Positions 29,545-42,002 of a DNA stretch of 64,000 nucleotides are shown here, piece after piece. How positions within the stretch are numbered: position 1 is the first letter of the stretch; the number at the start of each line of letters is the position of its first letter. A model generated the notes under the pieces. The model did not search any database. It was not told where the DNA came from and was given only the letters and a program-made list of their open reading frames with translations. Position numbers and translations under genes: made by a program. This stretch comes from Eledone cirrhosa (lineage: Eukaryota), in assembly GCA_964016885.1 (NCBI GenBank), contig OZ024754.1:41168001-41232000 (forward strand), written 5' to 3'.

Positions 29545-30320
29545 TATAATATTGGTTTCTACTTTTGGCACAAGGCCAGCAATTATCCCAGTGTATTACT
29601 GGTACTTTATTTTATCGACCCCGTAAGGATGAAATGGCAAAGTTAACCTCAGCGGGATTTGAACTCAGACCGTAAAGCATGGCATCCGAACCTCTACTGA
29701 AGGGCAGCAGATTGGCAGAATCGGTAGAGTGTCGGACAAACTGATTCGCAAAATAAGAGTTACGGGCCTTTAGCTTCTGAGTTCAAATCCAACCGAGGTT
29801 AACTTTGCCTTTCATCCTTACGGGGTTGATCAAATAAAGTACCAGTAATACACTGGGGTCGATTTAATCAACTTTCCCCCTCCTTCAAATTGCTGGCCTT
29901 GTCCCTAAAGTAGAAACAATTAATATTGGTTTCTAATTTTAAGCACAGGACCAGCAATTTCAGAATTTAGGAGGAACAGTTGATTAAGTTGACCCCAGTA
30001 TTTGACTGGTACTTTATCGACTTCAGAAGGATGCTAGATGCTTCAAAACCCATTGTCTGACACTCAAATTTTGCAAATTCACCCACCCTAGCATATATAT
30101 AATTCTTTCTAATACTGGTACAAGGCCAGCAATTTAGAGGAAAGAAAAAGTTGATTATATTGATCCCAGTACTTAACTGTTACTTAATTTCATTGACCCC
30201 CCAGAAAGATAAAAGGTAAAGTTGACCTTGGCAGGATTTGAACTCAGAATGTAAAGAATCAGAACTAATACTGCAAAGCATATGTCCAATGCTTTAAGGA
30301 CTCAGCCAACCCACCGCTTT
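29545..30320. mobile_element. Cluster of four tRNA-derived SINE family B copies (-,+,-,-)
   Basis: Motif ctgagttcaaatcc.gccgaggttaactttgcctttcatccttacggggtcgataaaataaagtaccag. Other copies at about 15690-15805, 19557-19750, 22660-22785, 27975-28160, 31580-31955 (two), 43135-43330, 44628-44815, 49030-49205 and 62440-62610. Superfamily of the central domain not assigned. Confidence 0.8.
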
Positions 30321-30420
30321 TTTATATATATTTATATAAAACAGTCACATTCTTAATAACCTAACTAGAAAGTAAATACTATATATTATCAGCATTTTCT
30401 TAAATTCTACTTTCCATGTT

Positions 30421-30461
<41 letters not shown>

Positions 30462-30467
<6 letters not shown>

Positions 30468-31033
30468 ACACTTTGGGAGGGTCATGCTGCCAATAAGAAA
30501 CACACGCACCAGTTGCTTTCACTTCAATTTAATTTATTAAATATTTATAAATTTACAAATTTATAAATTTCTGGTTGGTTGGTTGGTTCCACAACCAGAT
30601 AGTTGTTTATATATATATAGTCATAGTTCTTTCGTCACACACTCTGTGACCTCTTCAGTGACTGGGGATTTCTTTCTTCGTTTCTGTGCCTTTCCTTTCT
30701 TCTATCCTACGCCATTTTCAAATGGCGTAGGATAGAAGAAAGGAAAGGCACAGAAACGAAGAAAGAAATCCCCAGTCACTGAAGAGGTCACAGAGTGTGT
30801 GACGAAAGAACTATGACTATATATATATAAACAACTATCTGGTTGTGGAACCAACCAACCAACCAGAAATTTATAAATTTGTAAATTTATAAATATTTAA
30901 TAAATTAAATTGAAGTGAAAGCAACTGGTGCGTGTGTTTCTTATTGGCAGCATGACCCTCCCAAAGTGTAACAATATCGGTTTCAACACACGATTTCAGA
31001 TAAAGAATCTTGCTAAACAAATTCAGAAACGAA
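30462..31033. mobile_element. Palindromic hammerhead-bearing insert in (TA)n
   Basis: Arms 30462-30717 and 30720-30975 are reverse complements with a 2-nt spacer, and the right arm extends about 58 bp further. A diverged relative lies at 7519-8050. Confidence 0.7.
30774..30818 (+). ncRNA. Minimal type-I hammerhead motif (mirror copy on minus strand at about 30619-30663)
   Basis: agtca-CTGAAGA-g-gtcaca-gagtg-tgtgac-GAAA-gaac-TA-tgact. Confidence 0.6.
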
Positions 31034-31235
31034 ATATATATATATATATATATATATATAAGAAAGTGTGGTAAGAAACCAGGTGGACCATAACCCACCA
31101 GAGTACTCGATACTTAGGGTAGTAGAGTGGGTAATAGGAAAAGAGTCAGGACCCCGACGGCTGAGCTCCGGTCGTTTCGACAGCTAGATCCGATTGAAAC
31201 GGCTGAAGCTCTGCTGTCGGGGTCCTGACTCTTTT

Positions 31236-31270
<35 letters not shown>

Positions 31271-31472
31271 TCTGTCATTTTTGGCGGTGAGTATTGCACT
31301 GTCCACTCATTGTATTAATATTCCACAGACACGTGTACTCTTAACATAATCCTCAGACAGTCGAGTTCTTCAACAGGCTTCTACACAATTCTTGTCTGCT
31401 TAATTTTCCGCAGAAAGTTTGAGTCAACCAGAGTCTAAGGTAAAAGTCACTTGCTCAAGATATCACATTGTA

Positions 31473-32180
31473 CAGGGTGGTCTGAAAGTCTTGTCACCCC
31501 TTGTCACATATTGTTTTAACTTTCATTATTTTTTGTTTTCATAATATAATATATAATTTCATTAATTATAATCTATAATAATAATTGTTTCTACTTTTGG
31601 CACAAGGCCAGCAATTACTCAGTGCATTACTGGTACTTTATTTTATCGACCCCGTCAGGATGAACGGCAAAGTTAACCTCGGCGGGATCTGAACTCAGTC
31701 CGTAATGGGGCGTAACTCTATGCCGCAAAGCATGGCGTCCGACCCTCTTCCGATACTGTCAATCCACTGCCATAATATATAATAATTGTTTCTATGTTAG
31801 GCACAAGGCCAGCAATTACCCAGTATATTACTGGTACTTTATTTTATCGACCCTGTAAGGATGAAAGGCAAAGTTAACCTCGGAGGGATTTGAACTCAGA
31901 ATGGCAAGGGCCGTAACTCTATGCGTCAAAGCATGGCGTCCGACCCTCTACCGATAATTTTCTATTTCAGAGCTGCTACAGTTTGGAAGAGAGGCTGCCT
32001 GCAAGTGTATGGACACATGATCGTGTGTATTCTGGCAAGAACATGGAGGATGTGTGACATGACTTCACTGCAAGATTCGGCAAACCAGCTCCTCTGAAGA
32101 GGACAATACTGTGATGGGAACATAAACTGTTTCTCACAGGATCTTTTTGTATGGGGAGACAAGACTTTCGGACCACCCTG
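31473..32180 (+). mobile_element. Internally deleted Tc1/mariner element containing two SINE B insertions
   Basis: TA-CAGGGTGGTCTGAAAGTCTTGTC ... GACAAGACTTTCGGACCACCCTG-TA. Remnant YSLEERL...DFTARFGKPAPLKRTIL*WEHKLFLTGS resembles a DUF4817-type transposase HTH. Confidence 0.8.
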
Positions 32181-32537
32181 TAGAATCAAATGATTGTGAA
32201 GTGAACCTCTTAACCACAATATATTCTCCTTCTGATCTCCATTGAATCTGATGATCAAATTGATTCCAGAGTCTAAGCTGAATTTGCTAAACCTGCGTTA
32301 TGCATGATCATGAATAAAATATGTTAAACTGAAATTTTGATCTCTCATTCTTAATATAAACACTCTACATATTACACCAATAACAACAGATGTCAGTGTT
32401 AAACCACACTTCTAACACTGAATATCTAATTCATGTAAAAGTTTATTATTACTCACCAACTATATATATAGTTGGTGAGTAATAATATACTTTATACTCA
32501 ACCGGCATACCGCCTATGGACGCATTCAAGCAACCTT

Positions 32538-32575
<38 letters not shown>

Positions 32576-33353
32576 ACCTATCTAACCAATGCAAGTGTGG
32601 AAAAATTGACATTAAACAGAAATGATGATGAATGAATGATGATATATATATGTATATATGTATATATATATATAGCGAAACATACTAAGAGGGCCATTAG
32701 TTTTTCAGATCTCTCAAAAGTTTAGTTAAGTTCTACAGGGACATCTTAAGAGACAGTACAGACAAAAATATAGGAACACAAACTTAAAAATGAAAAAAAA
32801 ACAAACAAATATGAAAGTTGTGGAGAAGGAGAAGAGGGGGGCGGGACAGAAGAAAATCTGGGCCCCTTTTGTTCCCCCATTATTTATCTGTTTTACATAT
32901 CACACACATGCAACTACATACTCACACAAACACACATCCAGATCACACTCTAACATACCTTTAAACAGTTAAATGCTATAATCCTAATTATACCGAGATG
33001 CAACCATGAAACCTGTATCGACACCATATTCCAAATTATTATCATTATTATCATTATTATTATATGGTGTATGTACCCTGGTACTCACTAAAGTATTGTG
33101 GAATCAACCAATATACATCATATAATATACGACTCTACTTTATGTAGAGTACACCCCATTCAGTAAATGTTCGTTAGTTTTTATACCTATAAATCTACAA
33201 CCCATCATTAACAGCTATATAATATATATATATATATATATATATGCATATGTTACTCGCCCACATATATATATATAGTAGGTGAGTGACATATGCATAT
33301 ATATATATATTTATATAGTGGGAGAATTATATATATATATAATGTCACTCTCC

Positions 33354-33396
<43 letters not shown>

Positions 33397-34039
33397 ACTC
33401 TCCCACTATATATATATATATATATATATCACTCTCCCACTATATATATATATGTATATCACTCTCCCACTATATATATATATGTATATATATATATCAC
33501 TCTCCCACTATATATATATATGTATATATATATATCACTCTCCCACTATATATATATATGTATATATATATGTCACTCTCCCACTATATATATATATGTA
33601 TATATATATGTCACTCTCCCACTATATATATATATATGTATATATATATGTCACTCTCCCACTATATATATATATATATATATATATATTGTATATATAT
33701 TGTATATATTGTATATATATATATATTGTATATATTGTATATATATATATATATATTGTATATATTGTATATATATATATATATTGTATATATATATATA
33801 TATTGTATATATATATATATATTGTATATATATATATATATTGTATATATTGTATATATATATATATATTGTATATATTGTATATATATATATATATTGT
33901 ATATATATATATATTGTATATATTGTATATATATATATATATTGTATATATTGTATATATATATATATATATATATTGTATATATATATATTGTATATAT
34001 ATATATTGTATATATTGTATATATATATATATTGTATAT

Positions 34040-34077
<38 letters not shown>

Positions 34078-34081
34078 ATAT

Positions 34082-34117
<36 letters not shown>

Positions 34118-34387
34118 ATATATTGTATATATATATATATGACGCCACTCACACACACACAGAGTCAACCACAAGTACTCATGGCCTCTTACAACCAAAG
34201 AGTGATAGCAACTAGAAACAAACAAATTTGAGCATAGTCCAGCACAACTGGTAAGACGTTCAGAAAAAGGGTGGAAGGGGTTGTGGAGTTGACAACGTGA
34301 ATGTGGAGCAGGAAAAAAGGATTGAAATAAAATATACCAGAACCCTTTTTATCAAAAATTATCTACCAAAGTCTTCTCTCAAATGGT

Positions 34388-35220
34388 TTATAATTTCAAA
34401 AATGTTCTTGGGTTATATCTGATGTGAATTCTTCGTTTTTTGATAAATCTATACATAAGTAAAAGTAAAACAGTTATTATGAACACTACTGTGATTAAAA
34501 TTATTCCAGTTGGCGAGGAGGAACTACTTCCAAAAGTCTCTTGGTTTTCCTGCGAAGATCGTCCGTGAAAACCAGAGTTACGTGCAATTCGAGGTAAAAT
34601 TTGTTTCTTATCGGATGCTAAATTTTGCAAGAATTTTTGTTGTTTGTTTATTTTTTCCTGATGTGCAGCGTCTTCTTCATTTTCATCGTAGTAAGTGTAA
34701 TCACCGTCTTCGTCTTCCTCATCTAGACTATCATCATCATAGCCGTCACCATTTTCATCCAACGCTTTCAAAGATTCCTTATTGTTGCCAAAGTGGACCA
34801 CTTTTTTGTCTCTGTAATTTTCATTCAGAAATTTATCGTTTTCATATTCTTCATAGTCGTCTTCCCGGAGACCATCTTTCTTATTGTCTCTTTCTATTCC
34901 CATGTCTCCAAGAACTGGTTCTTGGAAGCTTTTCTTAATGACAGTTTCTTGATGGAGGAGGGAATTGGAACCATCTAAAGGTATAGGTTTCTGGTCATTG
35001 GGAAATACCGGTTGAACTCTCTTTAATTGTCCAGGCTGTAGTAATGGGGGCAAGGAATCGGTGGTAGTTTTTGAAGCAGAATTTAACAAAAGACGTTGGT
35101 TCACAGAATGCCAAACATTGTCAGAGTGGTTCAACTGATCCAAACTGTGATGAAGCAAGAAATTTAAGTAAATCACCAAAGCTCCGCTGGCAACAGCAGT
35201 CTTGTGAGACAAACAGCCAC
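34388..35220 (-). CDS. UPF0764/C16orf89-like gene, terminal coding exon with acidic linker and C-terminal TM helix
   Basis: Acceptor gttacag|GT GGC TGT (A+GT gives Ser). Encodes GCLSHKTAVASGALVIYL (C16orf89 GCSSHNTATA..AL), then about 250 aa including a D/E-rich tract, GIILITVVFIITVLLLLMY and a basic tail. TAA stop at 34388-34390. Confidence 0.88.
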
Positions 35221-35359
35221 CTGTAACAACAACATAGAATGACATATAAGTATAGTTATTATGTACAGACAAGAAACAGTTTTACATAAGACAATAGTAG
35301 AATGTAGTGTGTATGTATCTATCTCTACCAAGTTATTACTACTTTATATATATATATAT

Positions 35360-35685
35360 ACATGGCTTAGTGGTTAGAGCATTGGCCTTGCAATCGAAAG
35401 GTTGTGAGTTCAATTCTCAGACCGGGTGATGTGTTGTTTCCTTGAGCAAGACACTTTATTTCACATTGCTCCAGTTTACTCAGCTGTAGAAATGAGATGA
35501 TAGGGACTGGGGTCCCTATCATTCCACTGCAAAGTGTTCGTGGAGGTGCCACAGCAAAAAAGCACCCAGCACTCACTGTAAATGAGGTTGGTGTTAGGAA
35601 GGGCATCCAGCTGTAGAAATCAAGCCAGAATCAGTTCCCGTCCCACCCTTGCAAGCAGGGAAAAAGCGGACGTAAAATGAAATGA
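35360..35685 (+). mobile_element. SINE family A copy
   Basis: Near-identical to 61671-62007. Confidence 0.85.
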
Positions 35686-36046
35686 TATATATATATATAT
35701 ATATAACGAAGGAAATGTGGTAAGGAACCAGGTGGACCATAACGCACCAAAGTACTCAATACTTGGGGTAGTCGAGTGGGTAATAGGAACCAGTAAGACC
35801 CCGACGGCTGAGCTCAAGCCGTTTCATCCAGAATTAGCCATCGAAACGGCTTGAGCTCAGCTGTCGGCATCTTACTGGTTCCTATATATATATATATAAA
35901 GTTACAGTAGAAAGCTCAAACGGTTTGTTTGTTTTATCTTAGACTGTTTCAATCCCAACATCTGAAAAGAGGGTCATGACATAATACACAGGATAAAACA
36001 TTATTTTGTTTTGTTTCAATTATCATCATGTATATGTGTATGTATA

Positions 36047-36078
<32 letters not shown>

Positions 36079-36576
36079 CACATATATATACACACATATA
36101 CATACACATATATATATATATATACACATATACATACACATATATATATATACACACATATACATACACACATATATATATATATATATATAAAGAGCAA
36201 AATATCCAGACCAAACTGAAACATGATATAAGTTGAGTGAAGAAGCTGTGAGGTTACTAAAGTGTTTTATCAGCCATTGTTCTAATTGCTAGATGCTTCC
36301 AAACAAGAAAGACATCACCAATCTCAGATTATCCAAAGAATCCATTTTCATGTTTTAGAGATGATTTTTGTTTACATTCATTCTTCCATTCAGTCATGAA
36401 TAACAGTTCTAAAAATTTCGGCATTCACCGGAATTACTGAATCTGCGTTCTTCTCAAATTTAACATGTCATCTGCTGAACAATGAACTAAATGTGACATG
36501 TATTTCTCAGTCAAGTGGGTTTAACTACTTAATTCATTCATCTCTTTCCTGAAGATATTACTAGTTTAGAAGTTCT

Positions 36577-39500
36577 AAATAAGAACTACTAGAATATTGT
36601 GGATGGTATTACCACAAGTTGTAGCTATAAAACTACCGAGGTTTTATAGGAAATAAGAACTACTAGAATACTGTGGATGGTATTACCACAAGTTGTAGCT
36701 ACAGAACTACTGAGGTTTTATAGGAAATAAGAACTACTAGAATACCGTTGATGGTATTACCACAAGTTGTAGCTATAAAACTACTGAGGTTTTATAGGAA
36801 ATAAGAACTACTAGAATACCGTGGATGGTATTACCACAAGTTGTAGCTATAAAACTACCGAGGTTTTATAGGAAATAAGAACTACTAGAATACTGTGGAT
36901 GGTATTACCACAAGTTGTGGCTACAGAACTACTGAGGTTTTATAGGAAATAAGAACTACTAGAATACCGTGGATGGTATTACCACAAGTTGTAGCTATAA
37001 AACTACTGAGGTTTTATAGGAAATAAGAACTACTAGAATACTGTGGATGGTATTACCACAAGTTGTAGCTATAAAACTACTGAGGTTTTATAGGAAATAA
37101 GAACTACTAGAATACTGTGGATGGTATTACCACAAGTTGTAGCTATAAAACTACCGAGGTTTTATAGGAAATAAGAACTACTAGAATACTGTGGATGGTA
37201 TTACCACAAGTTGTAGCTATAAAACTACTGAGGTTTTATAGGAAATAAGAACTACTAGAATACTGTGGATGGTATTACCACAAGTTGTAGCTATAAAACT
37301 ACCGAGGTTTTATAGGAAATAAGAACTACTAGAATACTGTGGATGGTATTACCACAAGTTGTAGCTATAAAACTACTGAGGTTTTATAGGAAATAAGAAC
37401 TACTAGAATACTGTGGATGGTATTACCACAAGTTGTAGCTATAAAACTACTGAGGTTTTATAGGAAATAAGAACTACTAGAATACTGTGGATGGTATTAC
37501 CACAAGTTGTGGCTACAGAACTACTGAGGTTTTATAGGAAATAAGAACTACTAGAATACTGTGGATGGTATTACCACAAGTTGTGGCTACAGAACTACTG
37601 AGGTTTTATAGGAAATAAGAACTACTAGAATACTGTGGATGGTATTACCACAAGTTGTGGCTACAGAACTACTGAGGTTTTATAGGAAATAAGAACTACT
37701 AGAATACTGTGGATGGTATTACCACAAGTTGTAGCTATAAAACTACCGAGGTTTTATAGGAAATAAGAACTACTAGAATACTGTGGATGGTATTACCACA
37801 AGTTGTGGCTACAGAACTACTGAGGTTTTATAGGAAATAAGAACTACTAGAATACTGTGGATGGTATTACCACAAGTTGTGGCTACAGAACTACTGAGGT
37901 TTTATAGGAAATAAGAACTACTAGAATACTGTGGATGGTATTACCACAAGTTGTAGCTATAAAACTACCGAGGTTTTATAGGAAATAAGAACTACTAGAA
38001 TACTGTGGATGGTATTACCACAAGTTGTGGCTACAGAACTACTGAGGTTTTATAGGAAATAAGAACTACTAGAATACTGTGGATGGTATTACCACAAGTT
38101 GTAGCTATAAAACTACCGAGGTTTTATAGGAAATAAGAACTACTAGAATACTGTGGATGGTATTACCACAAGTTGTGGCTACAGAACTACTGAGGTTTTA
38201 TAGGAAATAAGAACTACTAGAATACTGTGGATGGTATTACCACAAGTTGTAGCTACAGAACTACTGAGGTTTTATAGGAAATAAGAACTACTAGAATACT
38301 GTGGATGGTATTACCACAAGTTGTAGCTACAGAACTACTGAGGTTTTATAGGAAATAAGAACTACTAGAATACTGTGGATGGTATTACCACAAGTTGTGG
38401 CTACAGAACTACTGAGGTTTTATAGGAAATAAGAACTACTAGAATACCGTTGATGGTATTACCACAAGTTGTAGCTATAAAACTACTGAGGTTTTATAGG
38501 AAATAAGAACTACTAGAATACCGTTGATGGTATTACCACAAGTTGTAGCTACAGAACTACTGAGGTTTTATAGGAAATAAGAACTACTAGAATATTGTGG
38601 ATGGTATTACCACAAGTTGTAGCTACAGAACTACTGAGGTTTTATAGGAAATAAGAACTACTAGAATACCATGGATGGTATTACCACAAGTTGTAGCTAC
38701 AGAACTACTGAGGTTTTATAGGAAATAAGAACTACTAGAATATTGTGGATGGTATTACCACAAGTTGTAGCTACAGAACTACTGAGGTTTTATAGGAAAT
38801 AAGAACTACTAGAATACTGTGGATGGTATTACCACAAGTTGTAGCTACAGAACTACTGAGGTTTTATAGGAAATAAGAACTACTAGAATACTGTGGATGG
38901 TATTACCACAAGTTGTAGCTACAGAACTACTGAGGTTTTATAGGAAATAAGAACTACTAGAATACCGTGGATGGTATTACCACAAGTTGTAGCTACAGAA
39001 CTACTGAGGTTTTATAGGAAATAAGAACTACTAGAATACTGTGGATGGTATTACCACAAGTTGTAGCTACAGAACTACTGAGGTTTTATAGGAAATAAGA
39101 ACTACTAGAATACTGTGGATGGTATTACCACAAGTTGTAGCTACAGAACTACTGAGGTTTTATAGGAAATAAGAACTACTAGAATATTGTGGATGGTATT
39201 ACCACAAGTTGTAGCTATAAAACTACTGAGGTTTTATAGGAAATAAGAACTACTAGAATACCGTGGATGGTATTACCACAAGTTGTAGCTACAGAACTAC
39301 TGAGGTTTTATAGGAAATAAGAACTACTAGAATACCGTGGATGGTATTACCACAAGTTGTAGCTATAAAACTACTGAGGTTTTATAGGAAATAAGAACTA
39401 CTAGAATACCGTGGATGGTATTACCACAAGTTGTGGCTACAGAACTACTGAGGTTTTATAGGAAATAAGAACTACTAGAATACCGTGGATGGTATTACCA

Positions 39501-39987
39501 CAAGTTGTAGCTACAGAACTACTGAGGTTTTATAGGAAATAAGAACTACTAGAATACTGTGGATGGTATTACCACAAGTTGTGGCTACAGAACTACTGAG
39601 GTTTTATAGGAAATAAGAACTACTAGAATACTGTGGATGGTATTACCACAAGTTGTAGCTATAAAACTACTGAGGTTTTATAGGAAATAAGAACTACTAG
39701 AATACCGTGGATGGTATTACCACAAGTTGTAGCTACAGAACTACTGAGGTTTTATAGGAAATAAGAACTACTAGAATACTGTGGATGGTATTACCACAAG
39801 TTGTAGCTATAAAACTACTGAGGTTTTATAGGAAATAAGAACTACTAGAATACCGTGGATGGTATTACCACAAGTTGTGGCTACAGAACTACTGAGGTTT
39901 TATAGGAAATAAGAACTACTAGAATACCGTGGATGGTATTACCACAAGTTGTGGCTACAGAACTACTGAGGTTTTATAGGAAATAAG
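36577..39987. repeat. 74-bp intronic satellite, about 46 copies
   Basis: Unit ggaaataagaactactagaatactgtggatggtattaccacaagttgtagctataaaactactgaggttttata with a few recurrent variant sites. Confidence 0.95.
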
Positions 39988-40106
39988 TAGTTAGTATGAT
40001 AAATAAAATGTTCTTAAGTGGAAATTAAAATTGGATTAAATATATATAGTCACAATACATTCATGGAAATGGTTATACACAATATATTTACTGACATCAA
40101 GTCTAT

Positions 40107-41300
40107 TTACTGTGACATACAGACATACAATATACTTACTGTGACACACAGACATACAATATACTTACTGTGACATACAGACATACAATATACTTACTGT
40201 GACACACAGACATACAATATACTTACTGTGACACACAGACATACAATATACTTACTGTGACACACAGACATACAATATACTTACTGTGACACACAGACAT
40301 ACAATATACTTACTGTGACACACAGACATACAATATACTTACTGTGACACACAGACATACAATATACTTACTGTGACACACAGACATACAATATACTTAC
40401 TGTGACACACAGACATACAATATACTTACCGTGGCACACAGACATACACAGTACACATATTGTGACACACAGACATACAATATACTTACTGTGACACACA
40501 GACATACACAGTACACATATTGTGACACACAGACATACAATATACTTACTGTGACACAGACATACACAGTACACATATTGTGACACACAGACATACAATA
40601 TACTTACTGTGACACACAGACATACACAGTACACATATTGTGACACACAGACATACAATATACTTACTGTGACACAGACATACACAGTACACATATTGTG
40701 ACACACAGACATACAATATACTTACTGTGACACACAGACATACACAGTACACATATTGTGACACACAGACATACAATATACTTACTGTGACACACAGACA
40801 TACACAGTACACATATTGTGACACACAGACATACAATATACTTACTGTGACACACAGACATACACAGTACACATATTGTGACACACAGACATACAATATA
40901 CTTACTGTGACACACAGACATACACAGTACACATATTGTGACATACAGACATACAATATACTTACTGTGACACACAGACATACACAGTACACATATTGTG
41001 ACATACAGACATACAATATACTTACTGTGACACACAGACATACACAGTACACATATTGTGACACACAGACATACAATATACTTACTGTGACAGAGACATA
41101 CAATATACTTATTGTGGCATACAGACATACAATATACTTACTGTGACACACAGACATACACAGTACACATATTGTGACACACAGACATACAATATACTTA
41201 CTGTGACAGAGACATACAATATACTTATTGTGGCATACAGACATACATACTGTGACATACAGACAGACATTTACTGTCACCAAGTATATTTACTGTGACA
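40107..41300. repeat. 29-bp repeat grading into a 60-bp (29+31) higher-order repeat
   Basis: actgtgacacacagacatacaatatactt monomers, then alternation with a variant carrying cacagtacacatatt. Confidence 0.9.
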
Positions 41301-41408
41301 TACAGATATACAGTATATACTTATTAGTTGTAGATATAGAGTATATGTTGGAGAAAATGGAGTTACATGTTATTAATTAGACACTAAATAATGACAATAT
41401 TAACTTAC

Positions 41409-42002
41409 TATTTAGTTCCTTCTCTTCTAGAAGTCTCCGTTGAGCCTGTGGTTTAATACCTTGCTCCAATGGTTCAACTAACTGTAAATGGATCTCACTC
41501 TGATTTTTTTCTCTATTATTTGAGTTTTGAAAATTCCCAATAGCATTATTTTGGTCGAATTGTAGTGGTGCCATCATTACATTAGCCTTCAAGCGTTCTG
41601 CACCAATGTCAGAAAGTCTTTTAGGGATTTTCTGTACAAGTTTAACTGGCATTGGTTGTAGTAATAGATTTTGGGGTTTGTTTGATATTCTTTTCATATT
41701 ATTATTTAGTATTCTTGCAGGAGATGCTAGTCTATTTACAAAACGGATCGAACCAGCCTTCTGTTCCGGAACATTCAAAGGTTTTGGTTCTTTTATCTCA
41801 GCCTTATCTTTTACACTCTCATCATTCTGATCATAATAGTATTCCTCAAATTTTTTATTGGCAAAGAAATTGTTGGAGTCTATTTTAACTTTCACCGGAG
41901 CCATTACTCCAAAACAGCCATTTTCTTTTTGCCAAGATAATATCTGTTGTAGATAATTCAGGTGTAAAAATTCATAAAATCCAATACTTGGACAAACAAA
42001 TT
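41409..42002 (-). CDS. UPF0764/C16orf89-like gene, internal exon with long insertion
   Basis: Acceptor tttttcag|AA TTT GTT (phase 1 completes CAA) and donor AAT A|GTAAGT. Encodes FVCPSIGFYEFLHLNYLQQILSWQKENGCFG (C16orf89 ILSWQ..GCFG motif), about 150 aa of insertion, then RRLLEEKELN. Confidence 0.9.

Noticed and set aside
32442-32447. Minus-strand AATAAA as the gene's poly(A) signal
   Set aside because: The hexamer is common in such AT-rich DNA and cannot be assigned without transcripts.
35900-36005. Possible minus-strand hammerhead (gaaacagtc with flanking complementarity); similar weak case near 61310-61380
   Set aside because: No acceptable CUGANGA core.
36577-39987. CRISPR-like or tandem-ribozyme array
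   Set aside because: No unique spacers, eukaryotic context, and no hammerhead core could be folded in the 74-bp unit.
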